Source: Nematocida ausubeli (lineage: Eukaryota). Taken from it: a stretch of DNA of 64,000 nt. The stretch covers positions 434,001-498,000 of the forward strand of contig NW_026515635.1 in the NCBI RefSeq assembly GCF_000738915.1. Direction: 5' to 3'. The position numbers and the translations under genes are program-made. Positions within the stretch are counted from its first letter, which is position 1; each line of letters opens with the position of its first letter. The notes beneath the pieces were generated by a model. It was not told where the DNA came from. It saw only the letters and a program-made list of their open reading frames with translations, and did not search any database. Below, in pieces: positions 29,825-39,682 of the stretch.

Positions 29825-31045
29825 TTAAATTATTTTACACTCAAAATATTTAATGGAGTGTGGCCTCTTTACTGTTTCTTTGTGCCCTGCGATGGATTTA
29901 ATGTATTTTTTGCAAAGCAGCATCAGTTTGTTCCATACCTTATATAACAAGAAGTATTAGAAGAGTTTCTTTTCATACATTTTTGTTCTCAAATTGTATT
30001 TTCTACTGTCTTTTTAATTTATAACTTAGTATTTAAATCCGCACAATACTAAACAAATATTATTCTTTCTTATTTAAGAAATTTTAAATATGTGGAAACC
30101 AAATTAGCATATGAAGAATACAAAATAGAGAAAACCCATAAAAACCTATATATTTAATGGCGCTACTCATTATAAAGAAACACTTAATAGAAATGCAATG
30201 CTGTAAGCTGGTTTTCCTTAGAAATATTAAACCAGTTTGCGAATTGTCTCATCGCCTCATTTATTATCTTTTCTCTGTATATAAACTCCATCTATCATTG
30301 CCATACGGATCTATGTGTAAGTTCCAAAAGCTAACTATTAATCACATCGATCAATAATTAATTATTTGACTATATATAAATAAAGCTAAGAGTATAAGCC
30401 ATAAAATAGCTTTATATAAACGAAAAGAGCTTCTCGTAGCGTGCTGGCCTGCCATCACCTAAATAATCCAAAAGCCAATATGCATATCTATTACTTACTC
30501 AATGCAGAAGCTCTCTTTACTCTCCAGCATAAAACTCAAGATTAGCTCTATAGCATAATAGAAGATGAAGTGAGTTTTATAATAAAGAACAAAATAATAA
30601 ATTATAACGGTTTAACAGTGTAATTCTACTATTTGAAAAAGCTCAATTGTGTTCAGTAAAGTGCTATTCATATATACATGCTGGTTTATTATGATAATTC
30701 GGCTCTCACAAGTATAATACAGAAGCACTCTGATTTCTGACTCTACAGACCCATTTGAAGATCTTCATGCGTTTGAAGAGTGGAAATGCCCCTATATATT
30801 CATCCACGCATTGTCTCCTCTACAGGAAGATGGTTCTTTAAATATGTGCGTTTTTGCGATTTTCCAAGATCTTTCCATAATAAAAGTAAATCAACACCAC
30901 TTTATAAAAAATGTATACGTGAAGAATTATTTAAATAAAATTATTTAAAAATAATTTAAAGAGAAGTCTTTATTGTAAATGAGCAGAAAAACCTCTCTGT
31001 CTAGAAAAGCGACTGTGCGCTTCAAAGAGTAATAGGATTTATACT

Positions 31046-33742
31046 TCACTTGAAAGAAGGATTATATACGCCTTTAAAAAAGTTAATAACCAAGAAAAAC
31101 TTATCAAGGTCATTATCATCTTCGCATATATGGTCTTTCATAGCATTCAGATTTTCAACCACCTGGTGGAATACAAAAAAATCATCAACATAAAGATTAA
31201 ATCTACTTGGAAAGAGCTTAATCTCTTGGATGGCATTTATATTCGCCTTAATCAACTTTAGATCCGGGGTTTCCTCAAGACAGAGATAGAAAACCCACAC
31301 GAGGTGTACAATGTTTAGTACCTCATCGCCTCCATTGTATTTTTCGACTAGGATGCTTTTAATCTCATTAGCACACTCCATAGTTCCATTTTTAAATATA
31401 TGTTTGCAAATCCTTCTATTAATTAAAGGGTCTAATAATGGATTTAAAGTTGTCTTAGTTTGAGTATAGAGGTTGTCTATGCAGAACTTAATCCATCTTA
31501 CGAAAACATCCATATTACAATCGAATGCATAATCAATGAAGAAACTGGCGTTTGAATTAATACATATAAGCTTATATCTTTCCTCTGAAAATTTTATATT
31601 CGGGTAGTTAAGATTACTGCCGTTTTTAGTATGCAGATCTGCAAAAACAATTGATGGAATCATATAGACTTGAGCATTCCAATTATTTAGCTCTATGCTT
31701 CCTATTATGTTGGAGGTAAAGCGAACAATAGGATGATCAGGAGATAGCTTTTGGTTCGTGGCGTGCATAATAGAATAGTTAAATAACTCCTTCTTGTATT
31801 TTAAGCCATTAATTTTTTTCACTAATAGTAGTCTATTAATGTCTTCAAACTTGTTCTCTGCAGTTTTGCGCACCTGCTGCCTCATAAACTCCTCACTCTT
31901 CTTGGGTCTGTCAATCTTTCGTATTTCATATCTCATATATGTAGAAAACAAGTTTTCAACAAATGTAGACCCATTGTTACAAATGCCTGCTATTTTAGTC
32001 ATTTTTTCTATTCGGTCATCCTTTTTTTTCATAATAATTGGCTTCATGTCAATGGTACTATGGGCAGGGTCGATGCCTATGACTATCGTATTTTGAATGG
32101 AGCTATGCTCAAATGTTATAGTAATATCGCCAGATAGATCATATCTTTCATCATTATAGTTATCACTTGTAAACTCAGAAAACTCGACTTGAATATTTTC
32201 TGTTTTTGATAGCCTTTTTAATAGCACCTCTGTGTATTCTTTAATAGCATCACATAAGTCTTTCTCTAGTTTCCCATGTTTATCATTTAAACTCTGAGAA
32301 AACCCAAGTATTTTCTTCTTTTCTTCCTTTGGAGCATTTATCACTTCAGCAATAACCATGAGCATGTTTATAAGACCGCAGTCTAGCTCGTTTCTTTCCT
32401 TGCAGTATGCAATGCTAGGCTCGTCTAGGTCTGCAACAACTCTGCACCACTCCTTCTGCAACTTAGCCTTTGTTGTGTCAAATGGCTGGTTCTCTGGAGC
32501 GAAGAATTCTTCAAGCTCTTCAGAAATATTTTCCATATGGTCTGTCCGATAAATTCCCTTTGCTGGATCATATGCCAGACAGCAGAAGAGAGAGAGAATC
32601 ATGCAATCCACACAGTTGCTGTAGTCTTTCAACCGATCAGTAGAAAACAACTTGTCTTTCCGGTTGTACAGAGGAAGCGATCTGTATGCAGGGACCTGTG
32701 TGCTATCTGCAAATGGGAAGACTCGGTACGCATTTAAAGTCTCTTGAGTCTTCTTCATTAAAGCTGCGCAGTCTGTTCCTGTTACAGTTCCAGCAGGCAT
32801 GAATAGTCTATCATATACAGAGTCATCTTTGCTGGGTGCTTCTGTCTTTGGTGCATACTTCTCTGTCATAGTGTGCACAGTCTGAATAAATTCAGTTGCA
32901 CAGTCTGCACTGTCAATAAACCCGAATATGTATGACTGGATCAGGAACTTTGGACTGTCCAAGAACTTTCCTGCCACAACCTCCTCTTGTGAGCACTTGT
33001 CCACCATCATGCTAAGTACTTCCTGATTGGTTGCATACTCCTTGAAAAAGTTGATCATTTGTTTAACTTTCTTTTGTTGGAAGTTTTCTTCTTTTTCTGA
33101 TTCTTTATTGAACCATGGGATTACCATGCTCACTTCAAAGTATATTTTGTCTTTTTTATCTGTTTCATAGACCTTCAGTACCTTGTTGCTGACATCAATG
33201 GGAATGATCACTCCCTCTGAGAAAAGCAGCAGCATGGCTAGAATTTTTAAAGAGTGCTCCTCTGTTGTTTTTGCTCGCAGAAATTGAACAAAGGACTGGT
33301 TCCCTCGTGTTTCAATTGTTATGTCTCCAGTGGGCGATGGAAACAGCTCAATCAGATGCTTGTGGTACTGCTCAGCGTATTTATCCATTTTATTCTCTGG
33401 TAGTGCTTCGTATGCTTCGTCCTTTTGTTCTTCTCTAGTGTATATATAGAGATTTTCTAGATTAAATATGTCTGTATTCACTTTTAATTCGTAATCTGTA
33501 TTGATCTGTGGGGAGAAGAATCTTTTGTTGTACATGCACTCCATCTTCTGGTAGATGTACCCCCGGAGGAAGTTAAGAGGTCCATCCGGATTTATCACTA
33601 CTTGAGAAGAATCCGTTGCAATTTCAAACTGCAGAGTAGTCTCTACTTCGCTTATTGATAAATCTGCTCTATGAGTGCTCATCAGTAGAACACTGATTAA
33701 AGCAACTGCCTTCATCCAAATAACGTAAGAATGCGTTTTCAT
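31046..33742 (-). CDS. Large secreted protein of a Nematocida expanded family (NemLGF1-like), 898 aa
   Basis: Signal peptide; INP.GPLN.L.GY...M.NKRFFSP.I...Y, FL.SPKFLIQ.YI and LFCCLAYDP blocks; clearly paralogous to 34351-37392. The family name is from recall. Confidence 0.85.
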   Translation of the reverse strand: MKTHSYVIWMKAVALISVLLMSTHRADLSISEVETTLQFEIATDSSQVVINPDGPLNFLRGYIYQKMECMYNKRFFSPQINTDYELKVNTDIFNLENLYIYTREEQKDEAYEALPENKMDKYAEQYHKHLIELFPSPTGDITIETRGNQSFVQFLRAKTTEEHSLKILAMLLLFSEGVIIPIDVSNKVLKVYETDKKDKIYFEVSMVIPWFNKESEKEENFQQKKVKQMINFFKEYATNQEVLSMMVDKCSQEEVVAGKFLDSPKFLIQSYIFGFIDSADCATEFIQTVHTMTEKYAPKTEAPSKDDSVYDRLFMPAGTVTGTDCAALMKKTQETLNAYRVFPFADSTQVPAYRSLPLYNRKDKLFSTDRLKDYSNCVDCMILSLFCCLAYDPAKGIYRTDHMENISEELEEFFAPENQPFDTTKAKLQKEWCRVVADLDEPSIAYCKERNELDCGLINMLMVIAEVINAPKEEKKKILGFSQSLNDKHGKLEKDLCDAIKEYTEVLLKRLSKTENIQVEFSEFTSDNYNDERYDLSGDITITFEHSSIQNTIVIGIDPAHSTIDMKPIIMKKKDDRIEKMTKIAGICNNGSTFVENLFSTYMRYEIRKIDRPKKSEEFMRQQVRKTAENKFEDINRLLLVKKINGLKYKKELFNYSIMHATNQKLSPDHPIVRFTSNIIGSIELNNWNAQVYMIPSIVFADLHTKNGSNLNYPNIKFSEERYKLICINSNASFFIDYAFDCNMDVFVRWIKFCIDNLYTQTKTTLNPLLDPLINRRICKHIFKNGTMECANEIKSILVEKYNGGDEVLNIVHLVWVFYLCLEETPDLKLIKANINAIQEIKLFPSRFNLYVDDFFVFHQVVENLNAMKDHICEDDNDLDKFFLVINFFKGVYNPSFK

Positions 33743-33903
33743 TAAATAAAATAAATCATTTTCGATATATAATAACGGATAAATTTAGGGGGTTTGTAAG
33801 TCGTTTCTATTGGTTGTTCAGGATCTATATGTTGATCAATATATTTCACTTAAAATTACCCAATATAACGTACATATGAAAAGTCTAGTATATATGTGCG
33901 GCC

Positions 33904-34172
33904 AAGTTTCCCCTCTTGAGATATTATATCTGATCATACTAAATTTGGATATATTTATTTCTTGCCATCTATTTGTAAATCTCTAGCCTACCATAGATCA
34001 GTATTATAGTTCAAACAACCTAATATCGCAGATGGACTGTGGCGCAGAGGCCAAGTACAGCCCCATATAACATGTTGGCCTACAGCCAAAATGGAGAAGA
34101 CAATGACTAGGCTCACTTTATATTACAAACATGAAAGAGGATTTCATGTCCACATAGCAGAGAAAACCAAGA
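33904..34172 (-). mobile_element. Highly decayed solo LTR of the 1867-2189 family
   Basis: Collinear blocks gtttcccctcttgagatatta, atttatttcttg, gccccat....tgttggccta.ag.caaa and gatttcatgtcc...gaaaaccaa. The remnant ATG at 33937 reads MIRYNISRGE, versus gag MTKSNISRRE. Confidence 0.65.
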
Positions 34173-34350
34173 GGACATAGAAAATTTCACTTAAGAGATT
34201 TGCTAAAAGTTGTTTTCACACAACAACAATGGATTAAAACAGCTTAAACATACAAGAGACAAATGTGTACACTATTCTCCATACAAAAATATTCTTAATT
34301 GGAATAGAAAACATATACTCATTGTTGCAGGTTTCTGGTATGCTATTAAT

Positions 34351-37300
34351 CTATGATAGAAGCTTTTTTCGGATTTCCAGAAGATGCTTTTCTTTTGCTA
34401 TTCTATCTTCAAAAATCTTCCGAATAGCCAAGAATTTATCATTGCTTTTTCTAATAAACTGGATGCATAGGTGTCTTTTCATATGTGTGAGAGTATATAG
34501 TGAATTTGCAGAATATTGTAGATAGTGATCCACTCCAGTATCTATCTTATTATTCTGGAACTCAACTGAATCATAGCAGCCTTTGATAACTATCGCATAT
34601 ACGGGGGCTTCGTGACATGCTATACTCATCCATATAAGCCAAAAAAGATTGGCATTTTGAACATCCTCGCCAGGTATGCATTTTACTCCTGCTTTTGCTC
34701 TCGCCTTTGCTCTTGCATCTTTAGCAATATTTTCAAGATCATTGAGATATTTAATGGTTTTACCCCCTATAGTAAGACAAGCAAGCATACGTTGTTTCAC
34801 ATGCAATGGTGCAAGCTCCAATAAATGAAATAAACAGTGTATAATTGGGTACTCACCTATATTTAGATAGATGCTTAGGCATTTCAGAATTCCCTCTACC
34901 GACTCTAGGTGTGCTAAGTAATCCAGAAGCTTGATCACAGTGTATTCATCAAGCTTGTAGTGTTTAGATATTTGACTGCTAATACATATATTTGGATATA
35001 AATTTTCATAATTCGCTGCATAGAAAAGAATTGAAAGAAGCTCCTTCTGAAGAGCTTCTGTATGGGGTATTATACTTCCTATAATGTTAGAAACCATGCG
35101 AATACTCGGTGTGTTATTGAACAGAGTATTCTTCAGATCATTCATTAAAGCACATATGGCTATGTTCTTTTTATAATCGTATTGATATATGGGCCCAATC
35201 ATAAAAAATCTTTCTAACCCATGGTGGGTGCCTTTTGTAATTTGTCTGGCCTCATGGGAGAGTGTTTTTATTAGCATATCATCCTCGCAGTTAAAGACTC
35301 TGAGCTGGTATTGTATATAGTTTGCAAGTGCCAACTCAGCCATATTTCTGCGGCTAGAGAGGTTTTTGGCTATGTAAGTAAATAATTCGTATGTAAAGCT
35401 AGACATTCGGTTTCTCTTTGAATTAGGATAAAAAACATACATAGTATCCTCTCTTATGTTCAACTCTAGTGATTCTTCTAGTCCATCTTGTATGTAGCTC
35501 AAAGTAAGGTCTCCAAATAGCTCAGTTTGATCCGTCTGTACTATTAGTTCATCCATACCAACAAAGTTTACTTTTATATCCAGATTTGGGCGTACAGTGG
35601 GGGTGCTTTCTGAGTATATCTCACTAGATCTAGAGCCATTCTTACCGTATCCAGAGATTTTTATAAAAAGATCCTCCATTTGTCTGGATACTTTGCTGTA
35701 TATACTTTTAAGATTTTTCTTTTCTCTTGCCATTTCTCTTAAACGCATAAGATCATGTTTTACCAAGGGATACATTCCTGATAATACACAAATTGCAGTA
35801 AACATGTTCAAAAGGCCTGGCTTGAGATTAGTTCTATTTTCATCAGTATACTCTACCATGCCCTCTAAAAGATTAGAAACAACGCCATTCCACTCATGTA
35901 AAACTTTACCTTTTATAGTGGCATGTGGAGTTGGGTGGTTAGTAAAGAATTTTTTCAATGCATTGGATGCACTGCGTGGAAGGTGTGTTAAAACATATTC
36001 TGAGTTCTCAGGGTGATACATAAAGCATTCAAATAGATAAAGAATAGCGGTGTTCATTGTTATCAAAGTGGGTTTTTGATGGGGTCTTTTTATGCCCTCC
36101 ATTATTATATGCTCTAGATCCCAGTTTCCATATGTGGTACTCGGATACAATATATTTGGATTATTTTCAAAGATCTTAAAAGAAATAAACTTGGTCTTAG
36201 AAGACCTTTTGATATTTTCAATTATGCTCAGAACCTGGCTAATAGATTTATCTAACGAAAACTGCGAATTATATGAAACAAAGAGGCTTTTAAAGACAAT
36301 ATGTGCTAATGGCATAATTATGGGAGGTTTTGAATCAGTCCTATTTTCTGAGTCTATTTTACTTTCTGGCTCTGTTTTATGAACAGTTTTTTTAATGGTT
36401 TTGAATAGAATACTGAAAGGCTTTTTAAGAAATGATGCATGGCTCTTGGGTTTGCATGTGATGATCCTTTTTATCTCATCAGCTTCTTGCTTTTCTTCAT
36501 ACACCATCTGCTCATGCAATAGAGTATGCACTGACTTAATAAGAAATGCCATTTCCGGCGGGGTTTTAATAAACTCATATATGTATGTCTGTATAAGAAA
36601 TTTTGGGCTATTCATAAACATTCCAGTCTTAAAGGCTTCCCATGTTTTAGGATATGAAAATGGGCCTTTGTCATGCAAGAGTGGATTGTTTCTGTTTTTT
36701 ATGAAAAATCGGATAATAGTCTCTGCATGGCTCTTGCGAAACGTTTTTTTCCCATATGTGGTAGAACTAAACGATCTCTCAACTATTGGATACATTTTAA
36801 TGATAAAGTGTGCACTGGCTTTATCTCTGTTGCTTCTGTACAAAATAAGCTCTGAGTAATTACTGCATGATTGGAACTCCAGTGGTATGTCTACTCCTTC
36901 AGAAATCAACAGCAGCGAGGCCAGCAGATGGTACACAACTTTTTTATCCTGTATATTTAAAAGAAAAATAGTGAAGCCTTTGCTGTAGGGCGAATTAATA
37001 CTTAATTTATGCAATGTGGATGGGAACATTTTAATAAGAGTGTTGTGGTAGTCTTCTAAATAGCATTCTATTTCATTATTGGCATCGGGTAAATGTGCTT
37101 TGTCATCAAGATAATTTCGTTTATATAGATGTTTTATGTTGCCTATGCGTGGCTTAACACCTTTCAAGCTATAGAAAATGTTTATCTCAGGGGAAAAGAA
37201 TCGCTTGTTATGCATGCAGCCGCTTTGATGGAGAAGATATGTATAGTACTGGCTCAATGCTCCCATTGGGTTAATTTTTACATACCCAAGCCTATCATCT

Positions 37301-37392
37301 TTAATTAGTAGGTCTTTTAAGCTACTTAGATTAGAAAAGCTTAGTGCAGCACTCACTTGGTAGAGAATTAGCAGAAAACATAGAATGTTCAT
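34351..37392 (-). CDS. Large secreted protein, divergent paralogue of 31046-33742, 1013 aa
   Basis: Signal peptide MNILCFLLILYQVSA; INPMGAL...MHNKRFFSPEIN..Y, LLL.SEGV.IP, FMNSPKFLIQTYIYEFI and SNIIGSI blocks shared with the neighbour. Confidence 0.85.
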   Translation of the reverse strand: MNILCFLLILYQVSAALSFSNLSSLKDLLIKDDRLGYVKINPMGALSQYYTYLLHQSGCMHNKRFFSPEINIFYSLKGVKPRIGNIKHLYKRNYLDDKAHLPDANNEIECYLEDYHNTLIKMFPSTLHKLSINSPYSKGFTIFLLNIQDKKVVYHLLASLLLISEGVDIPLEFQSCSNYSELILYRSNRDKASAHFIIKMYPIVERSFSSTTYGKKTFRKSHAETIIRFFIKNRNNPLLHDKGPFSYPKTWEAFKTGMFMNSPKFLIQTYIYEFIKTPPEMAFLIKSVHTLLHEQMVYEEKQEADEIKRIITCKPKSHASFLKKPFSILFKTIKKTVHKTEPESKIDSENRTDSKPPIIMPLAHIVFKSLFVSYNSQFSLDKSISQVLSIIENIKRSSKTKFISFKIFENNPNILYPSTTYGNWDLEHIIMEGIKRPHQKPTLITMNTAILYLFECFMYHPENSEYVLTHLPRSASNALKKFFTNHPTPHATIKGKVLHEWNGVVSNLLEGMVEYTDENRTNLKPGLLNMFTAICVLSGMYPLVKHDLMRLREMAREKKNLKSIYSKVSRQMEDLFIKISGYGKNGSRSSEIYSESTPTVRPNLDIKVNFVGMDELIVQTDQTELFGDLTLSYIQDGLEESLELNIREDTMYVFYPNSKRNRMSSFTYELFTYIAKNLSSRRNMAELALANYIQYQLRVFNCEDDMLIKTLSHEARQITKGTHHGLERFFMIGPIYQYDYKKNIAICALMNDLKNTLFNNTPSIRMVSNIIGSIIPHTEALQKELLSILFYAANYENLYPNICISSQISKHYKLDEYTVIKLLDYLAHLESVEGILKCLSIYLNIGEYPIIHCLFHLLELAPLHVKQRMLACLTIGGKTIKYLNDLENIAKDARAKARAKAGVKCIPGEDVQNANLFWLIWMSIACHEAPVYAIVIKGCYDSVEFQNNKIDTGVDHYLQYSANSLYTLTHMKRHLCIQFIRKSNDKFLAIRKIFEDRIAKEKHLLEIRKKLLS

Positions 37393-38164
37393 ATGCAAAC
37401 AAAGCTCTTTTCTCTCTATAGTATGCAAAACATCACTATTTCTTCAATGTTTGTTTAGTAACTGTTTGTATGTAAAATCATTATTATTATGTCTTCTTGG
37501 CTTTTTCTCTCTTGAAGGCATGAAATCCTCTTTCAAGCTTGTAATGTAAAATGATGCTGGTTATTACCTTGTCTAATTTGGCTGAAGGACAAGACGCTAC
37601 GTAGAGATTTGCTTGTATATGCATTTCTACTTCAGTGATTAGACAGTGAGGGACTTCTATGCCGCATTGCATATGCATTATCAGTTTGTCTGTATGGCCA
37701 TAATACTAATATACAGCTGACTAGAAGAAAGTGTTAATGCATGTTTATAGAGTGGGTTAGCGAGGTTCTATATAAGGTAAATAGACAAGACACTCTATTT
37801 GCTTATATAAGCATGTTTATATCAAAGAAAATTGCATGAAAAGGAATGTATTTTCAGTGTATTCTAGCTACAGTAGGATATAACCATTGCTGTTCTACTG
37901 CAAAAGACATTCTTTATTTGAACACCATAGACCAAGTATTTAGGCTAGTTCTCTATGCTGCACTCAAAGAAAGCATGCACAGGAAAATTGCAGGCAGCCC
38001 AGAAAGCATTTTAAAATATGCATATTGCAGAAGCATGTAGAGATATTTGAGTTATATAAAAGCATGGGGCAGCGTACCTATGCTCTGTGAATTTGAATCG
38101 AAAGAAGAGTGCGTCCGTTGTATTTTGCAAAATATTTAGTTTTACTTTTTTAGCCCCAGACAAA

Positions 38165-38491
38165 ATGAGTAGAAAAGCAAAGACGAATGTTTCAACAGTT
38201 GCATCACAGCTGCCACTAGTTATCAAAACAGGAAAATATCATGTAGGATTTAGACAAACCATGAGCTCATTAATAAACGAGACCGGCAAGTACATCATTC
38301 TTACAAAGAACTACCCAGAAGTCAAGAAAATGCAGATAGAGTACTATGCAAAGCTTGGAGGAAATGTGCCAGTCTACATGTTTGACGGATCTAACAGGGA
38401 TCTAGCAAACCTGTGCGGAGCACACTTTAGAATGGGAGTTATGACCATTTTAGACGAAGGGGAAGCTGACCTTGCTCAGTGCGACGAATAA
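38165..38491 (+). CDS. RPL30: 60S ribosomal protein eL30
   Basis: L.LVIKTGKY..G..QT, IEYYAKL and F.G.N.DL...CG..FR...TILD.G..D motifs. Confidence 0.97.
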   Translation: MSRKAKTNVSTVASQLPLVIKTGKYHVGFRQTMSSLINETGKYIILTKNYPEVKKMQIEYYAKLGGNVPVYMFDGSNRDLANLCGAHFRMGVMTILDEGEADLAQCDE

Positions 38492-38492
38492 A
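38487..38492 (+). terminator. AATAAA polyadenylation signal overlapping the stop codon (one example of a recurrent pattern)
   Basis: NAA-TAA-A occurs at the stops at 2265, 10216, 15622, 20122, 27050, 27152, 29099, 38491 and 61008. Confidence 0.6.
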
Positions 38493-38551
38493 AGTATTAT
38501 GGGCTCTGTTAAATTTTTCTTTATTCATATACAGCCATGCAATAGGCCTTG

Positions 38552-39202
38552 TTAGTGCATTGCAATTGTAATGTCCTTATTGGATACATGCGTGTACAGA
38601 TACATGCCCCAGTATGAGATAAAATACAGCATAAAGAAAAGGTTGCATGCAGTAATAAGCAGATCCAGTATTTTTTTCGATCTTTTAAAAGACACTTCCT
38701 GGAAGAGTAAAAGAAAGTGAAGCAGCGACAGAACAAAAAGAACCACAGGATATAGCATGGCAATATTGGTGTATGGCTGTGCATCTGTTAGAAACAGTGA
38801 GAGGTACCCGGCAAACAGAAGAATCATTGCATGGATGTATGCATAGTCAGGCACAACCATATTTATAATGAATATTAGGCTGTATGGAGAGTATACGTGC
38901 AGGGCTACGAACCCAAGCAGAGACCATTTGGAAAGAGTGAAGTATATGGCTATTACGCATGCATTGCCCGTGTCATACTCTCCTATAACATTAGAGGCCC
39001 GAATAAATATTATGTATGCTACGTATAGGATGGCCAAATATGCTGCAGCGACTGAAGGGTCAGTGAATAGACTTTTTATAATAAGGCAGGCAATGGCAGA
39101 GAGTGGTATGGCCAGTAGAACAGGAGATGATCTGTACCGTAGTTTTAGAATCCTGTTGGTGTTGGTTCTTCTGGCGGCTGTAAACACCTCAAATGGCGTC
39201 AT
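38552..39202 (-). CDS. Hypothetical multi-pass membrane protein, 216 aa
   Basis: ATG ORF with about 6-7 hydrophobic helices. Confidence 0.75.
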   Translation of the reverse strand: MTPFEVFTAARRTNTNRILKLRYRSSPVLLAIPLSAIACLIIKSLFTDPSVAAAYLAILYVAYIIFIRASNVIGEYDTGNACVIAIYFTLSKWSLLGFVALHVYSPYSLIFIINMVVPDYAYIHAMILLFAGYLSLFLTDAQPYTNIAMLYPVVLFVLSLLHFLLLFQEVSFKRSKKILDLLITACNLFFMLYFISYWGMYLYTHVSNKDITIAMH

Positions 39203-39682
39203 CTCATATTATTATCCTAATATTAAATTAATAGAATTTGCGCAATCAAGGGTCTAGACATGTGAAAGTTTGTCGCGCTTTCTTTGAGAGAGAATTATAG
39301 ACAAAAAAGCCTTCTAAGTCTACATATATGCATAGAGACATATTAAAATGATTTCTATGTATACCATGGCTTTAAACTAGGTCCTGCCAATATCACAACA
39401 TATTTATATTACAGGTATTTTATTTAAACTGCCTGATTATCTTTCTGTAGTTGGTAAAAATTTATCTTGCGTATGGATTGGACAACCTGTCTATTTATAG
39501 AAAATATAAATCTTAATATAACCTTTTTAAATGACAGTGCATAAAGTGTGTCTACTTATATTTTAGCATGTGCATATGAAAGGTATATAGCCATGTAATG
39601 GATGCTATAGTAGCTGTAGTAGTGTAGCGCTCTAAATGTAAGAATATAGCTTTTTCTTAATTTCCTTTAATTATTCATTATC

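Noticed and set aside
39447..39502. Possible further LTR remnant (tagttggt, aaaatttat, tatttataga)
   Set aside because: The matches are short AT-rich words with the wrong spacing, and none of the GC-rich LTR blocks are present.
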